From NCBI RefSeq assembly GCF_009914755.1, contig NC_060936.1: a stretch of 64,000 nucleotides of DNA. One strand, 5' to 3'. This DNA is from the human T2T-CHM13v2.0 reference genome, Homo sapiens. This document shows, one piece after another, positions 42,158 through 56,181 of this stretch. Position numbers and translations under genes: made by a program. Below the pieces are notes generated by a model. That model searched no databases. It saw only the letters and a list, made by a program, of their open reading frames with translations, and was not told the origin of the DNA. Within the stretch, counting starts at the first letter, position 1. Every line of letters starts with the position of its first letter.

Positions 42158-43590
42158 GTGAGTGTTCTTGATTCAATATAAGTCTTTACATAAAAGTTCA
42201 GCAAAAAGTATAAGTAAAGTTCAACAAAAAGTATAGAATAGTAGTAATGCTCATATCAGCTTTATTGTTGGTACATTTATATTGAATCCCTTCTATAGTT
42301 CTAATAAAATTTGTGGAGAATTTGGGAACAAATGTCTTTTAGAAAAATATTGTGTTTAATTATTTTATTTGCCTCATTTTACTCTTAATTTTGAATTTTA
42401 AGCAGGGTCAGTTTTAACTCATAAGGGGTATATGATAAACCAGATGGTAAATGAGAAGAGAGTTCTAAGCTCATTGAATTGACTCTTTAAGAGATGAAAA
42501 TGAGTAGGCCAGCAAAGTGGTCAGATTTATTTTAATTGATGGAAACCATCATGGAGCTCAAAATTAAGTTTTCCCTGTATTTTCTACTTTTTGCGTGTGA
42601 ATTAATAAAGCAGTCATGAGGATAATTCTGAATGGAATAAAGATTGCCATATTCTAAATCAGCAGAAATGTGCAGGTGATATATCCAGGAGAACCAACCT
42701 CATGAAAGTGTGTTAATATTTTTAATACAATTTTATAGCTAAATATCTTAAATATCAGGCATGAAAACTAATATGGCCTGACAGCTCCAAAGCAGTATCT
42801 CTCGAGCACAAATGATAGTTTAAAAAAAAAAATAGCAGATACTAGGCTAGGGACAAGTCTGTGCCAGTTAGTATTTAAAGTTTTACAAAATTTCCCTGTT
42901 TATATTTTTTAGGCACTGAAAATATTATCTTGCTTAAACACTGGTAGAAGCCTACCATCTTTCAATCATGTAAAGCAGTGAATCTTAATTCTATGGAGAA
43001 GTTAGTCACGCTGATAAAAACTTAGTTTAGCCTTTCTCAAGGTCTGGTATGTTGAAAAATGTCATATTTCTTTAAAATCCCATATAGTTGGATTTTAATG
43101 CCTAAAACATTAGAGATAAAACCTGTTAACCTAATAACCTGATAACCTAATTAATGTTGAATTTCAAAAGGCCTAATAACATAAAAACAGTCTTTAAACT
43201 GTGTAATACTTTTTTTGACTTTAATAAAACTGAATTCTTTTTGAATACCTGTTGATGGATAATATAATTTAAGCCAGAGAACAGAAAATTTATGTTAAGT
43301 ATAATTGCCAAGAATATAATATTTTTCTGTTTGTTTAAATAAGAAGCTTGGAAAGACAGAAAGATAATTTACTTTATGAAAATAGGAAGAAAGTGTTACG
43401 AGTAATGAATGGTGAGGGTGTTGATAATAAAAGTAGTATATCTTCTCTGGTTTCTGTCACTCTTCCACTTTATGATATTTAGTACATATCATTTAGTATG
43501 TGTGTTTGTTGTAAACAGGTATTAGTCTTAAAATCTGTTTATTATATGTGCCTTGTGCCAACAAAGGATTTAGGGCAGCTAAATCTAAAG

Positions 43591-43838
43591 CAGAATTTCT
43601 CGACCTTGGTACTAGTGACATTTTGAGCTGGATAATTCTTTGTTGTGGGGGACGGTCTTGTGCATTTGTAAGATGTTTAATAGCATCCCTAGCTTTTACT
43701 CATTAGATACCTGTAGCACCCCCGAGATGGGACAGTGAAAAATGTTTCTATTCATTGCCAAACGTACCCTGGAGTGGCCAGGGAATGAGGAGTGGTGGTG
43801 GTGGTAGTGGTGGAATCTTCCCTGATTGAGAACCATTG
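43591..43838. mobile_element. MER20 hAT transposon
   Basis: cag..ttctc / gagaacca.tg termini; 8-bp TSD atctaaag / atctaaat. Confidence 0.8.
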
Positions 43839-44487
43839 ATCTAAATGAATATAATCTGATCATATATCAAACGAAGACCTTTTATTGTCTGAAATAAGGA
43901 GCCAACGTTTTTCCACTTACAGTGGGAACTTACAAAAGTATAGGTAATTGAATTTACAATTCATCTTCCACATGCATTTTTATTTCTAATTTGAGCCATA
44001 CACAAAACCTTTCTGTTACTTCTCACAACGTTACTGAGTTTTCTGGATTGTCTTGTTTTCTTTTTTTGCCCTTCACCCTCTGGTAGTGTTAATGAAGAGT
44101 AAAATGGCTGCGATATAACAAACTAGAGCAAGAAGATTCGTAAGTTAGAGAATAGCTCGAATAATTGAGTATTGAGTATATTCACTTAATGAAGGTAACA
44201 GCATTGACATTTACTCAGGATGCTGAATGTCTACCTTTTCTTGGGCTAAAATGATAGTCTCTGATGTATTTAACAAATAATTGTGACAAAACTGGTGACT
44301 TTTGCTTTATTGATAAAACTGGGATGGTCACAAGTCTGTGGAAAAGTTTATGTGAATTATTGAAAAAATGTAGGTACATCTTTAGGAAATGCACAATTGA
44401 CATTTCAGCTAAGGTTTTCAGCGAAACATTAAAAATAATGAAGATGGTATTTTATGATTTAAATATCTCTCTTTTCTGTTTGTATAG

Positions 44488-44570
44488 TTGATCAGATGTT
44501 TTGGGAGGTTATGCAGTTGAGAAAAGAGATGTCATTGGCAAAGCTGGGTTATTTCAAAGAGGAACTCTGA
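44488..44570 (+). CDS. RAB3IP: RAB3IP last coding exon ([27 protein letters not shown])
   Basis: gtatag|TT GAT...CTC TGA; phase 1 start matches the upstream exon; stop at 44568-44570. Confidence 0.96.
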
Positions 44571-44826
44571 TGCTCTGCGTGGGACCATGCCTGAACTCCC
44601 CGAATAACTGAAAAATGGCTGAATATTTTTATGGTTACTTGATATTTATTTCCAAGGAGTGAGCCTAAGACTTTTTTCCCCTTTTGCAAATTGCTCTAAG
44701 AAGTACCATGATTTCTTTTAAACTGATCTATGCTGTGTTTGCTTATTCTTTAGTTGAACACACTATGAAGAATTCCAGGTGTACTAGTGAATGTAATTTA
44801 TAGTTGCCAAAAAAAAAAAAACCTGA

Positions 44827-44836
44827 AATAAATAAA
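44827..44836 (+). terminator. Candidate proximal poly(A) signal of RAB3IP (two overlapping AATAAA)
   Basis: AATAAATAAA about 260 nt after the stop, followed by TG/T-rich sequence. Confidence 0.6.
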
Positions 44837-46654
44837 TGTTAGATTGAATGTGTGTACATTTTCTCTTCTAGCTCTGACATGGCATTTAGGGTTAGCAGAA
44901 TGTATTAAATAGTAATTTTCAAACTACACAGTAGCTTCCTTCCTTGTGAGAGGCAAGAAAGAAGTCTGAGTGGATAGTACTCACTTTCCAAGGCCCCCAC
45001 CTCTAGAATGGCTTTATTTTTATCTGTTTTCTATATTGGGTTTCAAAAAAGATTTTATTTGAAGAAATACTTCTGCTGCTACAAAGTTTGAAAGTTACTA
45101 TTTTAATTATTCTGCTCTCTGTAACTGAAAGAATCCCTTTATTTTGGTTATTCATTAAAATATAATAGAAGGCAGTCAGATTTTATCCCAGAGATGTATT
45201 CCTGAGTGTCTTGATATAGTGTATTCATGTTTTATATGTGTTGACCACTATATTGTCATTGGAGGGACATAGATGTAAATGAGTTTGACGTGTGTCAAAG
45301 GGGTTTAAAGGGGTGTGGATTGAATGAATGGTACGTGCGAAGTATATGCTGATTATAGAACCACTTGATCTCTGCATTCCAAATTGTAAAACTGACTCAA
45401 CTGGAGAAATTATAACAAAGAGGTTTGTGGTAGACATGTAATAAGTATAGAAAAGCAAAAAGAAAAGAGAAACTGCTTTAGTTTCTGTTTAGAGAAAGCT
45501 GCTGTTAATATTTTTGGATAGTAGCCTTTCAGCTTTCAGATATTTTCTACTTACATATGCATATTTTTGAAACAAAAAGTAGGCTTTTTTTTTGCTTTTT
45601 AAACCTAAACATTAAATATATTTTCCCTTGGGTAAACCTACACATCCTAATCCCTGTTTATAGAATTTTAACATAATTTAATTGTGTTTGGAGATGAGGT
45701 GGTTTTCAGTTTATTTTTCATATTATAATGCTGTGACGAGTATCCTTATCTGTACACTTCTGAACATTGTGGAGTTCTTTCATGTGGATGCCTGGAGATA
45801 AAATTGTGTCGAGATATATATGTATTTTTAAATGTTTGATCTGCATTGCTAGATTGCCATCCAGAAAAGTTAATCAATTTGTATTCACAGCAGCAGTGTA
45901 CAAGAGGGCTGGTTTTCTGAAGATAACATTTTTTTCAGTCCTGTTCAGAGGTTTGGTCAATCTTACCTGTAGATGACTTCAGCCACCAGGCTGGATGGGA
46001 GCCCACAGACAAAAGGACATTGGTGTATGTTATGGTGAAAACCATCAGTACCATGCCTAGCTCAAGAATGTGAAATTGAACCTGAAAAAAACTTTGAACC
46101 TACAATTTTATGTTCTGAAAATAGTTATTCTAATGTGAGGGCATTAATAAGAATATGTACCATCAAAGCTTCAGAAGATTTTCCATACAAACTAAAATCA
46201 CTTTTGGAGAAAGTACCTAAATAAAAAGAGAAACAAATCCAGGAGATACTGTACGGTTTGAAAGAAAGGTAATCAAATACTCAGAAAAAGTTTGTTGATG
46301 ACTTAAAAAGGATAAATAAAAAGTAAGACTAAAGAAAATCAGTATACCCATTAATAATAAATCTTTAGTAATCTATAAGGGGAAGAATGCTTTTCAACCT
46401 TATACACTAGAAGCATGCTCTTTAAAATTAATGCAACAGGATGACGACTTGATGTAGAAACTATATGTGGAATTATAGATTAAAATGTGATTGAAACATA
46501 TTTAGAAAATGTGATTATCTTCCTGATCCTACTCCCTTTAGGAAGAACTTCTTAAACTGGAAGCAGGAAAAAAAAAAAACCATAAAAGATAACCATAAAA
46601 GAATATAAGTTATGGTATATTATAAATTCTTAATTTAGAAATCGTGCATCAGTA

Positions 46655-46773
46655 GTTAGGCATTGTGGCTCATGCCTGTAATCCCAGCACTTTGGGAGGC
46701 AGAGGCAGAAGGATTACTTGAGCTGCTTGAGCCCAGGAGTTTGAGACGGGCCTGGGAAAAATAGGGAAACTCC

Positions 46774-46811
<38 letters not shown>

Positions 46812-46910
46812 TGTCCATGAACTTGGGAGGATGAGGTGGGAGGATTGCTTGAGCCCAGGGGTTCAAGTCCAACTTGGGCAACATAGGGAGACCTTGTCTC
46901 TAAAAAAAAA
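46655..46910 (+). mobile_element. Two Alu left-monomer (FLAM-like) pieces separated by (CA)n
   Basis: Repeated ...cttgagcccagg.gtt..ag segments; (CA)n at 46778-46809. Confidence 0.75.
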
Positions 46911-47293
46911 CTAAAGCTAAACTACAAACTGTGAGGCAATATCTGCAACATTTATAACTAGTAATAGCTTAGTATCAAGAATGTATGCAGAAATTCTACA
47001 AACCAACAAAAAAGGACAGTGTCACAGAAAAACAGGCAAAAGACTGAACCAGGCCTTCCACACAATTAGAAGTGCATGTGGGCCAATAAACATTAAGAGG
47101 TTTTCATCTCTCAATCAGGAAAACGTAAATCAAGATGACAATGACATGTTCAAATTCATTCGATTGGTGAAAATGAAGAAACACAATAAAGTCAAGTTTT
47201 GGAGAGGGTTTTAGTCATTAGGATCACTCACATATTGCTGATGGGGGTATCAATTGGTATATCCACTGTGAAAAACCATTCACTAGAAAAGTT

Positions 47294-47617
<324 letters not shown>

Positions 47618-48050
47618 TCAGTATATACTTGAGAAATGCTTGCACAGGTCCCCCAGATCACACATATAAGAATGTTCTGGAATAAATTAAAATGTCTATT
47701 TTTAGGAAGGTGTAATGTGTTCACAGAATGGGTGATTATTACATGGCAGCAAAATGAATGAATACCAGCTACTTGCAGCACAATAACTCAGAATGAAAAA
47801 GCAATTCTGAGAAAACTATATGTGACATGATACTTTTCTTATAAAAGTCAAGAACAACTAAAACTGAACAGCTGTTTAGGCATTGACATATGTGACAAAA
47901 CTTTTAAAAAGTAATAAAGTTCAAGATAGTGGTTACCTCTGGAGAGGTAGAGGAGGAGCAAATCTATGAGTAAGTCACTGGTAATGTTTTAGTCCCTGGG
48001 TTAGGTGGTGGGTTTTGGGGTGGTTCATTTGTCATTAAAAGTAAGTACAT

Positions 48051-48215
48051 GAGCTGGGTGTAGTGGTGCGTGCTTATAGTCCCAGCTACTTGGGAGTCTG
48101 AGATAGGAAGATCCTTGAGGCCAGTTCAAGGCTATAGTGTGCTATGATTTCACCTGTGAATAGCTACTATATTCCAACCTGGGCAACGTAGACCTTGCCC
48201 CCCTTTAAAAAAATT
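48051..48215 (+). mobile_element. Alu monomer fragment (FRAM/FAM-like)
   Basis: agctgggtgtagtggtgcgtgc...cctgggcaac. Confidence 0.75.
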
Positions 48216-49698
48216 CAAAAACAAAATAAATGCATGGACAAATGAATAAGAGAGTTATGCATGGAACATCGGTGGTGTATTATGAATCAAGCATTATTAC
48301 TAGCTCAGTTATATGTGCCTTCATTCCAAAACAAAAAATAAAAGGTAAGAAAATTGTTGAATTGCATTTGAGAGAGAGGAAAGGAAAGAATTCAGGTCTG
48401 AATCTTAGGCTTTTGGCTTGAGCTATTGCAGTTTATTGAGATGGGGAAATACATGGTGGGGAAAGTTTGGGTATGTGCATAACAGAGACAGAAATTCAGT
48501 GTTTGACAGATCAAGTGTGAGGTGCCCACTGAGCATCAAAGTGGATATGTTAAGCAGGTATTGGATGTACAAATCTAAATTCAGTAAGGTCAGTCCAGGA
48601 GAAAATTTGGGGAGTAGTTAGCCATGGGATCAGATGGGCGCTTTAGGGACACTTTGGAGATGAAGTACAGCACTGAGCCCTGAGTTCCTGTGACAGAGAA
48701 GCAGCCTGCAAAGACGAAAGGAGGAGCTGTTAGGAAGAGCAAGGCAACAGAAAAGGAAGAACCAGCATGCTGATTATGTTCAGGAGAGTGTTTCTACGCT
48801 GAATTTAATTGCCAAGATTACCAATTCTAAAGAAGAGGAGGACTCTTGGACAAGTTTTTAGAAGTTGGTTTGGAGCTGGGGTGAGAGCCTGGCCTAATGG
48901 AGACAGCTCTGGATTGGGAGTCACTTAGACCTACATTCTGGTCTAGGTTTGGCTCCCAAAAACTGGGAAGGTTAGTTAGGTGGCCACTCCTCTCTCTTCA
49001 TGGTCTCTCTCAGCTTGAAGACAATTTACAGTCTTTGACTAAGCATCCACACTGGAAGAACAAGATTTGGTTTCTGAACATTGGGTCTTAGTCCTTAAAA
49101 TAACTTGCAACCTGTTACCTCTTCACTTACTCCCATCGCCACCACAAGAATCCTGTGTGTTTTTGTTTTGTGCATCCAGTCTAAAACGGGTCTGCTTTTA
49201 TTCATAGGCTTTTGTTTTCAGTGGTTTTTGTTGTTGCATTTTTCCCTAGATAAAATGTTTTTTCTATAAGACACTGCTTAAAAGAGTCCAATGCAGTATG
49301 AATTTGTATTTGTGTTTAACTTTTGTGCTTAACAGATCTGCCATGGCTGAACTCTCAGTTGCTTAAGCAAAATTCTGGGGCTTATTCTAGGTTCCTTTAT
49401 TTGTCATTGTCACTCCCATTCCAGTTATCAGCAAATTCCATCAGCTGTCTCCGAGACATCTTAAATCTGTCTACCTCCCTCCATGTCCACTGCTACCACT
49501 CTGCCCAAGCTATTATCATCTTTCACCTGAACTCCTGCACTAATGTCTGCTGTCCTTGCATCCACTCCTGCCCTCCTACAATCACTGACGGCAGCCGCAG
49601 GGATCTTTATAAAACGAAAATCAGATAATGTGACTTCCCTGCTTAAAGCCCTTTGAGTGGCTTCCCATTGCACTTAGAAAAAAAAAAAAAAAAAAAAC

Positions 49699-50027
<329 letters not shown>

Positions 50028-51592
50028 TCATAGTGGTAGTTGTTAACAGAGAAATAACAATGAAAGCTTTAAAAAACTCCATGAAAATTTGCAAAACTTA
50101 AAAAAAAAATGTAGAAGAGGACTAAACTTGATAAAATATTAAAAGAATTGAAACCCTTCCTAAAGGCAGCTTCTCAAGGGAGCACAAGTTCACACACAGT
50201 TTACTTTTGGAGGAACGTCTGAGGTCATGAGGACTAGATTCTAGAGCTACAGGTCTCAGGGACAGTCTCGAGGGATACAGGGCCCCCATCACCACATCCC
50301 CAGATTTAACCGCAGCAGCTCAGCTTTTATCTGTATCTGTTGGAGCTCTCTAGGAAATGTCAATACCAAAGCAAACCCAAATCACAACTAGATTAGATTA
50401 CTATTCAAGAGAATGATTCTCTACCGAAACTGTGCAAAATGGGGATATCAAGAGAGTTGGAAAATGTAAGACGTAAAGACCATAATCAGGAAAATACGCA
50501 TCATATTTGTTATTCACTGAGAGGGAGGAATTTCCACTTAAATCCTATTTCCAGCAGCTGGATTGTGCTCTCAGTGGAGTGCTCTGGATTCTGATTAATA
50601 GAGATTTTCTAGTCCTCCCAGCAACTTCCTTCTCAATTCTCTTCACTTTCCGCAGATCTCGGCACCAGGGTTGCATCTTGTGGGCTCCATTGTGTTTTCA
50701 CACAATGTGCTATTTGTCCTTCACAGTGTTTTGGTTTATTTTTCTGTTTGTCCATCTTGTTTTTGAACAATTGCCAGCATTTAAAAATGAGGAAATCTAA
50801 AATCTGCATTTCAAGCTGCTCTTTTTTAAAATGTGCCGTTTCGACAACACTGAGCCCACATTCTTGAATGACAACACTTGGGTGGAGCTGAGTGACTCCA
50901 CCTGTTGGGTGGCTACACCCTTGCTCAGGGTATGCACTCCATGGTTTGCTCTATGGCCCACCATCCTGGATTGTCTCCCTGACACCAAGGCTAAGGGACC
51001 CACTTTACTCACTTATCTGCTGGGCCTTGGAAGTATTTCAGTTCGGAACCCCAATTCTAACCTTAGCTTCTCAGGCCATTAAATGAAATCTCATTTCTAT
51101 GATGCTTCCTGTCACATCACTGTGCTGCTGAGAACATGAAGTCTGTGGGTGAATTGGTGGACGGGATCCAGAATCATTACTTGGCAGTGGATTATAGTGT
51201 GATGACTCATTTCCGGTGGTCTCCAGGAGACTTGGCTGGGAGCTTCTCTTGGAGTCTAGGGTTAGCCAGAGGCTACATGTTTTAGGCATCTTAATTCATA
51301 TTTTATCTAAAGGCATATAAATCCTTAAAAAAAATCATTTGACTTCATCCTTGCTCCCTACATCCAGCCAGTAACCATTGCTTTGTTTTACATCGCGTGC
51401 TTCAGGCTTTACTACAGCCTACCTGGATTTTGCAGTAGCTTCTTAAACTGCTTAAACTTTGGATATTGCCCCAGCCAACACATTCTGCCACAGAGATCTC
51501 TCTGAGTTAAATGGGATTGTATCATGCCCCACACCCAAGCAGATAGAAACTGTCAATAGATACACTTAGAATGAATATGCATGGAATCAAAT

Positions 51593-51955
51593 TACATTCA
51601 GAATCTACCACTATAGGTAGTGAATACAACAGGATAGCAGAGGCTGGGAAGGGTAATGGGGGTTGGGGGGTGGGAGGATAAAGGGGTTGGGTAATGGGTG
51701 TAAAAATCTATAGAAGGAATATGATCTGTTGTTTGGTAGCACAATAGGGTAAATACAGTTAATAATTTATTGTATATTTCACAATAAAGGAGTGGATTTG
51801 GAATGTTCTCAACACAAATGATAAATGTTTGAGGTGATGGATACCCCAATTACCCTGATTTGATCATTATACGTTGTATGTTTGTATCAAAATATCATAT
51901 GTACCCCATAAATATGTACAACTATTATGTATCCATAAAAATTGGAAATAAACTA
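51593..51955 (+). repeat. L1MA 3'-end fragment, copy 1 of a local duplication
   Basis: Same start and end as 53128-53496. Confidence 0.88.
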
Positions 51956-52293
51956 CCACCATCTTTCTTCAGCCTATTTTCCTATCTCCTCTCGCACCAT
52001 ACTAGGCACACAATCTCTGTACCTGTGCTGTCTTCCAAGCCATTGCTCATGTTTTAAGAAATATACTTATTGTTTAATATATCCTGTACCACTGTAGGAT
52101 GACTGTAGTTAACAATAATGTGTAGTTTCAAATAGCTAATAGCTGGAAGGAAGTTGTTGAATGTTTCCAACATAAAGAAATGATAAGTGTTTGAGATGAT
52201 GGATATGCTAATTACCCTGATCTGATCACTACACATTATATGTATGGAAATATCATTGTGTACCCCATGAATATGGGCAATTATTATTTGTTA

Positions 52294-52307
52294 ATTAAAA
52301 AAATAAA
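52294..52307 (+). terminator. Candidate distal poly(A) signal (ATTAAA + AATAAA) at the end of an old L1 3' fragment
   Basis: Motifs seen directly; use as the end of a long RAB3IP 3' UTR is inferred. Confidence 0.4.
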
Positions 52308-53127
52308 AAAAAGACCCACCCACTGTTTAAGTGTATCTACATCCTAGCTCTTTGTGGCACCTTTCCAGATCCTCCCAGATTAAATTACTGTCCTTTCTCT
52401 GTTCTCTTGAGACATTTTCCCAGCTATCAGTCTGCCCTGAGTTACAGTCACTTGTGTTTTTCTCATGCCCTAGATTTCAGTTTATGGAGGGCAGGGACTA
52501 TTATTTATTCATTTTTTTATTTCCTGCACCCAGCAGATAGCTTCACACAATTGTTGAAAATTCATTTCTTTAAACAACTTGATGACTTGTCCTTATAGAT
52601 CTGACAGCCAGTGTGACCGTCAAAAGAAGCTCCTAAACCTTTTCTTTTCTAAGCTAAACTTAGTTTGCTCATTTTCAAGTAACAGTATATGTGTGTAAAA
52701 TATGTTTGGAATTATGTCACCTACAATTCTAATAATGAAACAATAGACAAATTTGGAAAATGGGTATTCTACAAGGCAATGAGCCTGGACTATAGAAAAA
52801 AGTCAAAATCATGAAGAGCACAAATCAAAATGACAAGGGGACTGTTCTATAGTTTAAAAAGACATAACCAAAGGCAGTGCATGGAAATCCATTGGATCCT
52901 TAATCAGAAATCAAAAGCCATAAAAAATATTTTGGAGACTGGAAGAAATTACATATGAGATGATAATATTACATTTCTTTGGTATAATGATGATATTGCA
53001 ATTACATGTGAAAATGTCCTTATTGTTGGGACACATATACTGCGTTATTTAAGGGTGATATGTCAAGATGTCACCAACTTATTTTCAAATGGTTCAGTCA
53101 AAGGGTATGGATATATATATATATATA

Positions 53128-53496
53128 TACATTCAGAATCTACCACTATAGGTAGTGAATGCAAAGGAGGATAGCAGAGGCTGGGAAGGGTAATAGGGGT
53201 TAGGGGGTGAGGGGATAAAGAGGGGTTGGGTAATGGGTGCAAAAATATATAGAAGGAATATGATCTAGTGTTTGGTAGCACAATAGGGTAAATACAGTTA
53301 ACAATAATTTATATTTCACAATAAAGGAGTGGATTTGGAATGTTCCCAACATAAATGATAAATGATAAATGTTTGAGGTGATGGATACCCCAATTACCCT
53401 GATTTGATCATTACACATTGTATGTTTGTATCAAAATATATGTACCCCATAAATATGTACAACTATTGTGTATCCATAAAAATTAGAAATAAACTA
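53128..53496 (+). repeat. L1MA 3'-end fragment, copy 2, flanked by (TA)-rich sequence
   Basis: Colinear with 51593-51955, few substitutions and small indels. Confidence 0.88.
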
Positions 53497-53622
53497 TATA
53501 TATAAAAACTATATGGATATATATATAAACTAACTATATATGGATATATATATATCCATATCCTTCCACACACATATCCATATCCACACACATATCCATA
53601 TCCACTGCTACCACTCTGTCTC

Positions 53623-53697
53623 ATATATATATGTATATATGTATATATATATATGTATATATATATGTATATATATGTATGTGTATATATATATATG
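53623..53697. repeat. (TA)n/(TATG) microsatellite
   Basis: Direct reading. Confidence 0.9.
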
Positions 53698-54249
53698 AGA
53701 GAGTGTCAATAATTGGTAAGTGTAGATGAAGAGTATATGGATATTTTATGATACTATTTTTTTTCCAAATAGTTGGGAAAAAAGAAAAGGAAGGGGCGAA
53801 AGGATAATTTAATTTCCTAATTGTATTTTCTTAGGCTATTGTTAAATGAATTATAGCTAAGCAGTGAAAACAAAACATTTATTCGGGTATGGTTTTATAT
53901 TTAGGAGTGAATCAAGTTACTAGTGACTCAACTGTAAGAATTATTAAATTGGTAATGCAGTTTTCGTTGCTTGTTAGAGAGACTTCTCATACTTTATGGT
54001 TTATGCTTTGGAAGCAAATAAGCTCTAGAGGAAATGGAACAGGTATGTATTAAGGAATTTAAGTTTTTGCTGTAAGTTTGGAAATACTTAACAAATTCTA
54101 ACTTTTCATTATCACAAGCCTTTTAAAATTACCTGTGATGATAGGTATCTATAAAAGTAATTATATTGATTTATCCCTTTTTTCTAGGTTAAAAAAATAA
54201 GTATGTTTTATTGGTGGTAGCTAAGTGGATCTAGTTGATAAAGGTGGAG

Positions 54250-54390
54250 ATATAAATATATTGGTGTAAAAGGACAAATATGAGATAAGACTATGTATTT
54301 ATTGCCCATTTATGTAATTGCATGTGTCACTAAGGACAAAGGTCCTTAAAGACGAAAAGCAGAGTAGAAACAGTTCCTTATATTAAGACA
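54250..54390 (+). promoter_or_regulatory. Putative MYRFL promoter: GATA, CDX-like, HNF4/DR1 and TATA-like motifs
   Basis: AGATAAG 54283-54289, TTTATTGC 54298-54305, AGGACAAAGGTCC 54333-54345, about 300 nt upstream of the ATG. Confidence 0.5.
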
Positions 54391-54651
54391 GATGAATTTG
54401 CTACCTCTTCCCTCTTCATGAATTTTTTTTAAATGTATGGTTGTATATCCTTCCAGTTTTATAATCACATTTGAAAACTCAACCATCTTTCTGGGCACAA
54501 TTTGATGGCTGAAGATATGCTTCACTCCAATAAAAAGAAAATGAAGATTTTTCAAGAGCATTCGTAGGCTTCGAATCAAAAGGACAGTACTTATTTCCTG
54601 AGGTCTGATAACCGTTGTTTTATGAGGAAATAGTACTAGGATCACAGTACC

Positions 54652-54697
54652 ATGGATGTGGTAGGCGAAAATGAGGCCCTGCAGCAGTTCTTTGAAG
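54652..54697 (+). CDS. MYRFL: MYRFL first coding exon (MDVVGENEALQQFFE+G)
   Basis: Strong Kozak gtaccATGG, donor AAG|gtaaga; peptide resembles the MYRF N-terminus (MEVVDETEALQRFFE); MYRFL is the known downstream neighbour of RAB3IP. Confidence 0.9.
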
Positions 54698-55688
54698 GTA
54701 AGAGGCCAATTTCCAGCATGAATTTGCTGCTTCTGAGAAATGCTCACTATCCCTGTTTCACGTTTTCCGTATTCACTTAAACTTTGTTTTGAAAGAAATG
54801 CTATCATACTTAGGTAACTCTCCTAATATCAAAAGTAGGGGTTTATTTGCTACATTGGGAGCAAAATTCAATGGTATGGATAGAGATTTTAAACAAAACA
54901 GGATTTTCATCTTATAGTTTGGTTGTTAGAATCAAGGGGTCAGCATATTTATGTTGTTATTACTTGTCCCTGTCCTGTACTAGATTTTATTTTTTCCCAT
55001 GCCCTATGTTTAAAAAAACTACATAGCCATGCTCAAATTCCATGTGAAGGGAAACGTGACCATCATTTTTACACGGTAAGGTATTTTGCATGAGGGAGTA
55101 TGAGAAGAAGTGAGGGAAGACCTGCTCATTTACAGAATCTAGGGATCAGTCAGCAGCACATCGAGAAAAGTGCTTTAGGTATTTCTTGTGCTTTGTAAAG
55201 TGCCTGACAAATAATATATATTTAAAAGTTGAATGGAATGGGCTGAATAGTAAACAATGCTGAACACTAAAGAGTGACGGGGCGTACCAAAGAAATAGTG
55301 AGATTCTATGTCACTATTGGGAGGAATCAACACCATGGGGTAGTTTCTGTGGCTTGGGTTTTTCCAGAAATGGCAAGAAGAAACATAAGACCAAGAGAAT
55401 TATCACATTATCTTGTCCTACCATCCATCCCATTGAGTGTTCTGTCTCTGACAGTGGCCAAGTTGGTATTGTCTACCTGGGTCATGCTTGGCACATGGTA
55501 GGCACACTAGTGTTGCTAGACTGTTATTGCCTGATTTTATATCATATATAATTTTCGTTTGAGCAGCAGGTGGCAAGCTTCAATCTACCATTGCATCTAT
55601 TTTAGAGAAACCAGCAATTTATTGTATACATGCAAAAATCTACTCCATTTCCTTCTAGAGCTAGGGAAGACCTGAATATCGAATCTGG

Positions 55689-55786
55689 TCTACCTTCTGT
55701 TTTTTGAAAGAGCTTTTATTTCTATGGGATCCCTATACTGTCCTTGTTTATACTATTTTTGGAGGTTTCTATGGATATAGTTTCTA
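55689..55786 (+). repeat. 98-bp unique segment duplicated at 59461-59558
   Basis: Read as identical by eye. Confidence 0.92.
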
Positions 55787-56138
55787 CAAGTCCCCTCTAC
55801 AGCTTGTTACAATTATCTGATCATTATTATAAAAGTATTTGTCTTCAGTGTTTTTCTTACATTATCTGTGAATAGTTGGAAAAGGTGGTAGACTTCACAA
55901 ATTAAAATGAAGGCACTAGCTTAAGTGAGTCCCATCCCCCTGAAAATCACACAGCTAATTGTCAATTTTTTCTTACCTCTACTATTCAGCAAATATTGAG
56001 CACCTACTCTGAGTCAGGTTCAACAACGACTTTCTTTAAATGGTAGCTTGTAGGGCTTTGGATGCCTTCTCTTACATTTTAATAATTTCCTTTCTCTTGA
56101 CCCTTTTCAAATGAAGGCAGCTGAACTGAAGCTGATAT

Positions 56139-56181
56139 TCTTGATCTGCAGTCCAGTGCTCTACCTCTGAGCTATACCCTC
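56139..56181 (-). pseudogene. Tailless tRNA-Cys(GCA) 5'-fragment retropseudogene
   Basis: Reverse complement GAGGGTATAGCTCAGAGGTAGAGCACTGGACTGCAGATCAAGA; TSD tgaaKctgatattct at 56127-56141 and 56186-56200. Confidence 0.88.

Noticed and set aside
54346-54807. 153-aa minus-strand ORF
   Set aside because: Antisense to MYRFL exon 1, with no recognisable domain or splice context
56139-56181. Functional tRNA gene
   Set aside because: Lacks the T arm/B box and the 3' acceptor strand; treated as a retrocopy
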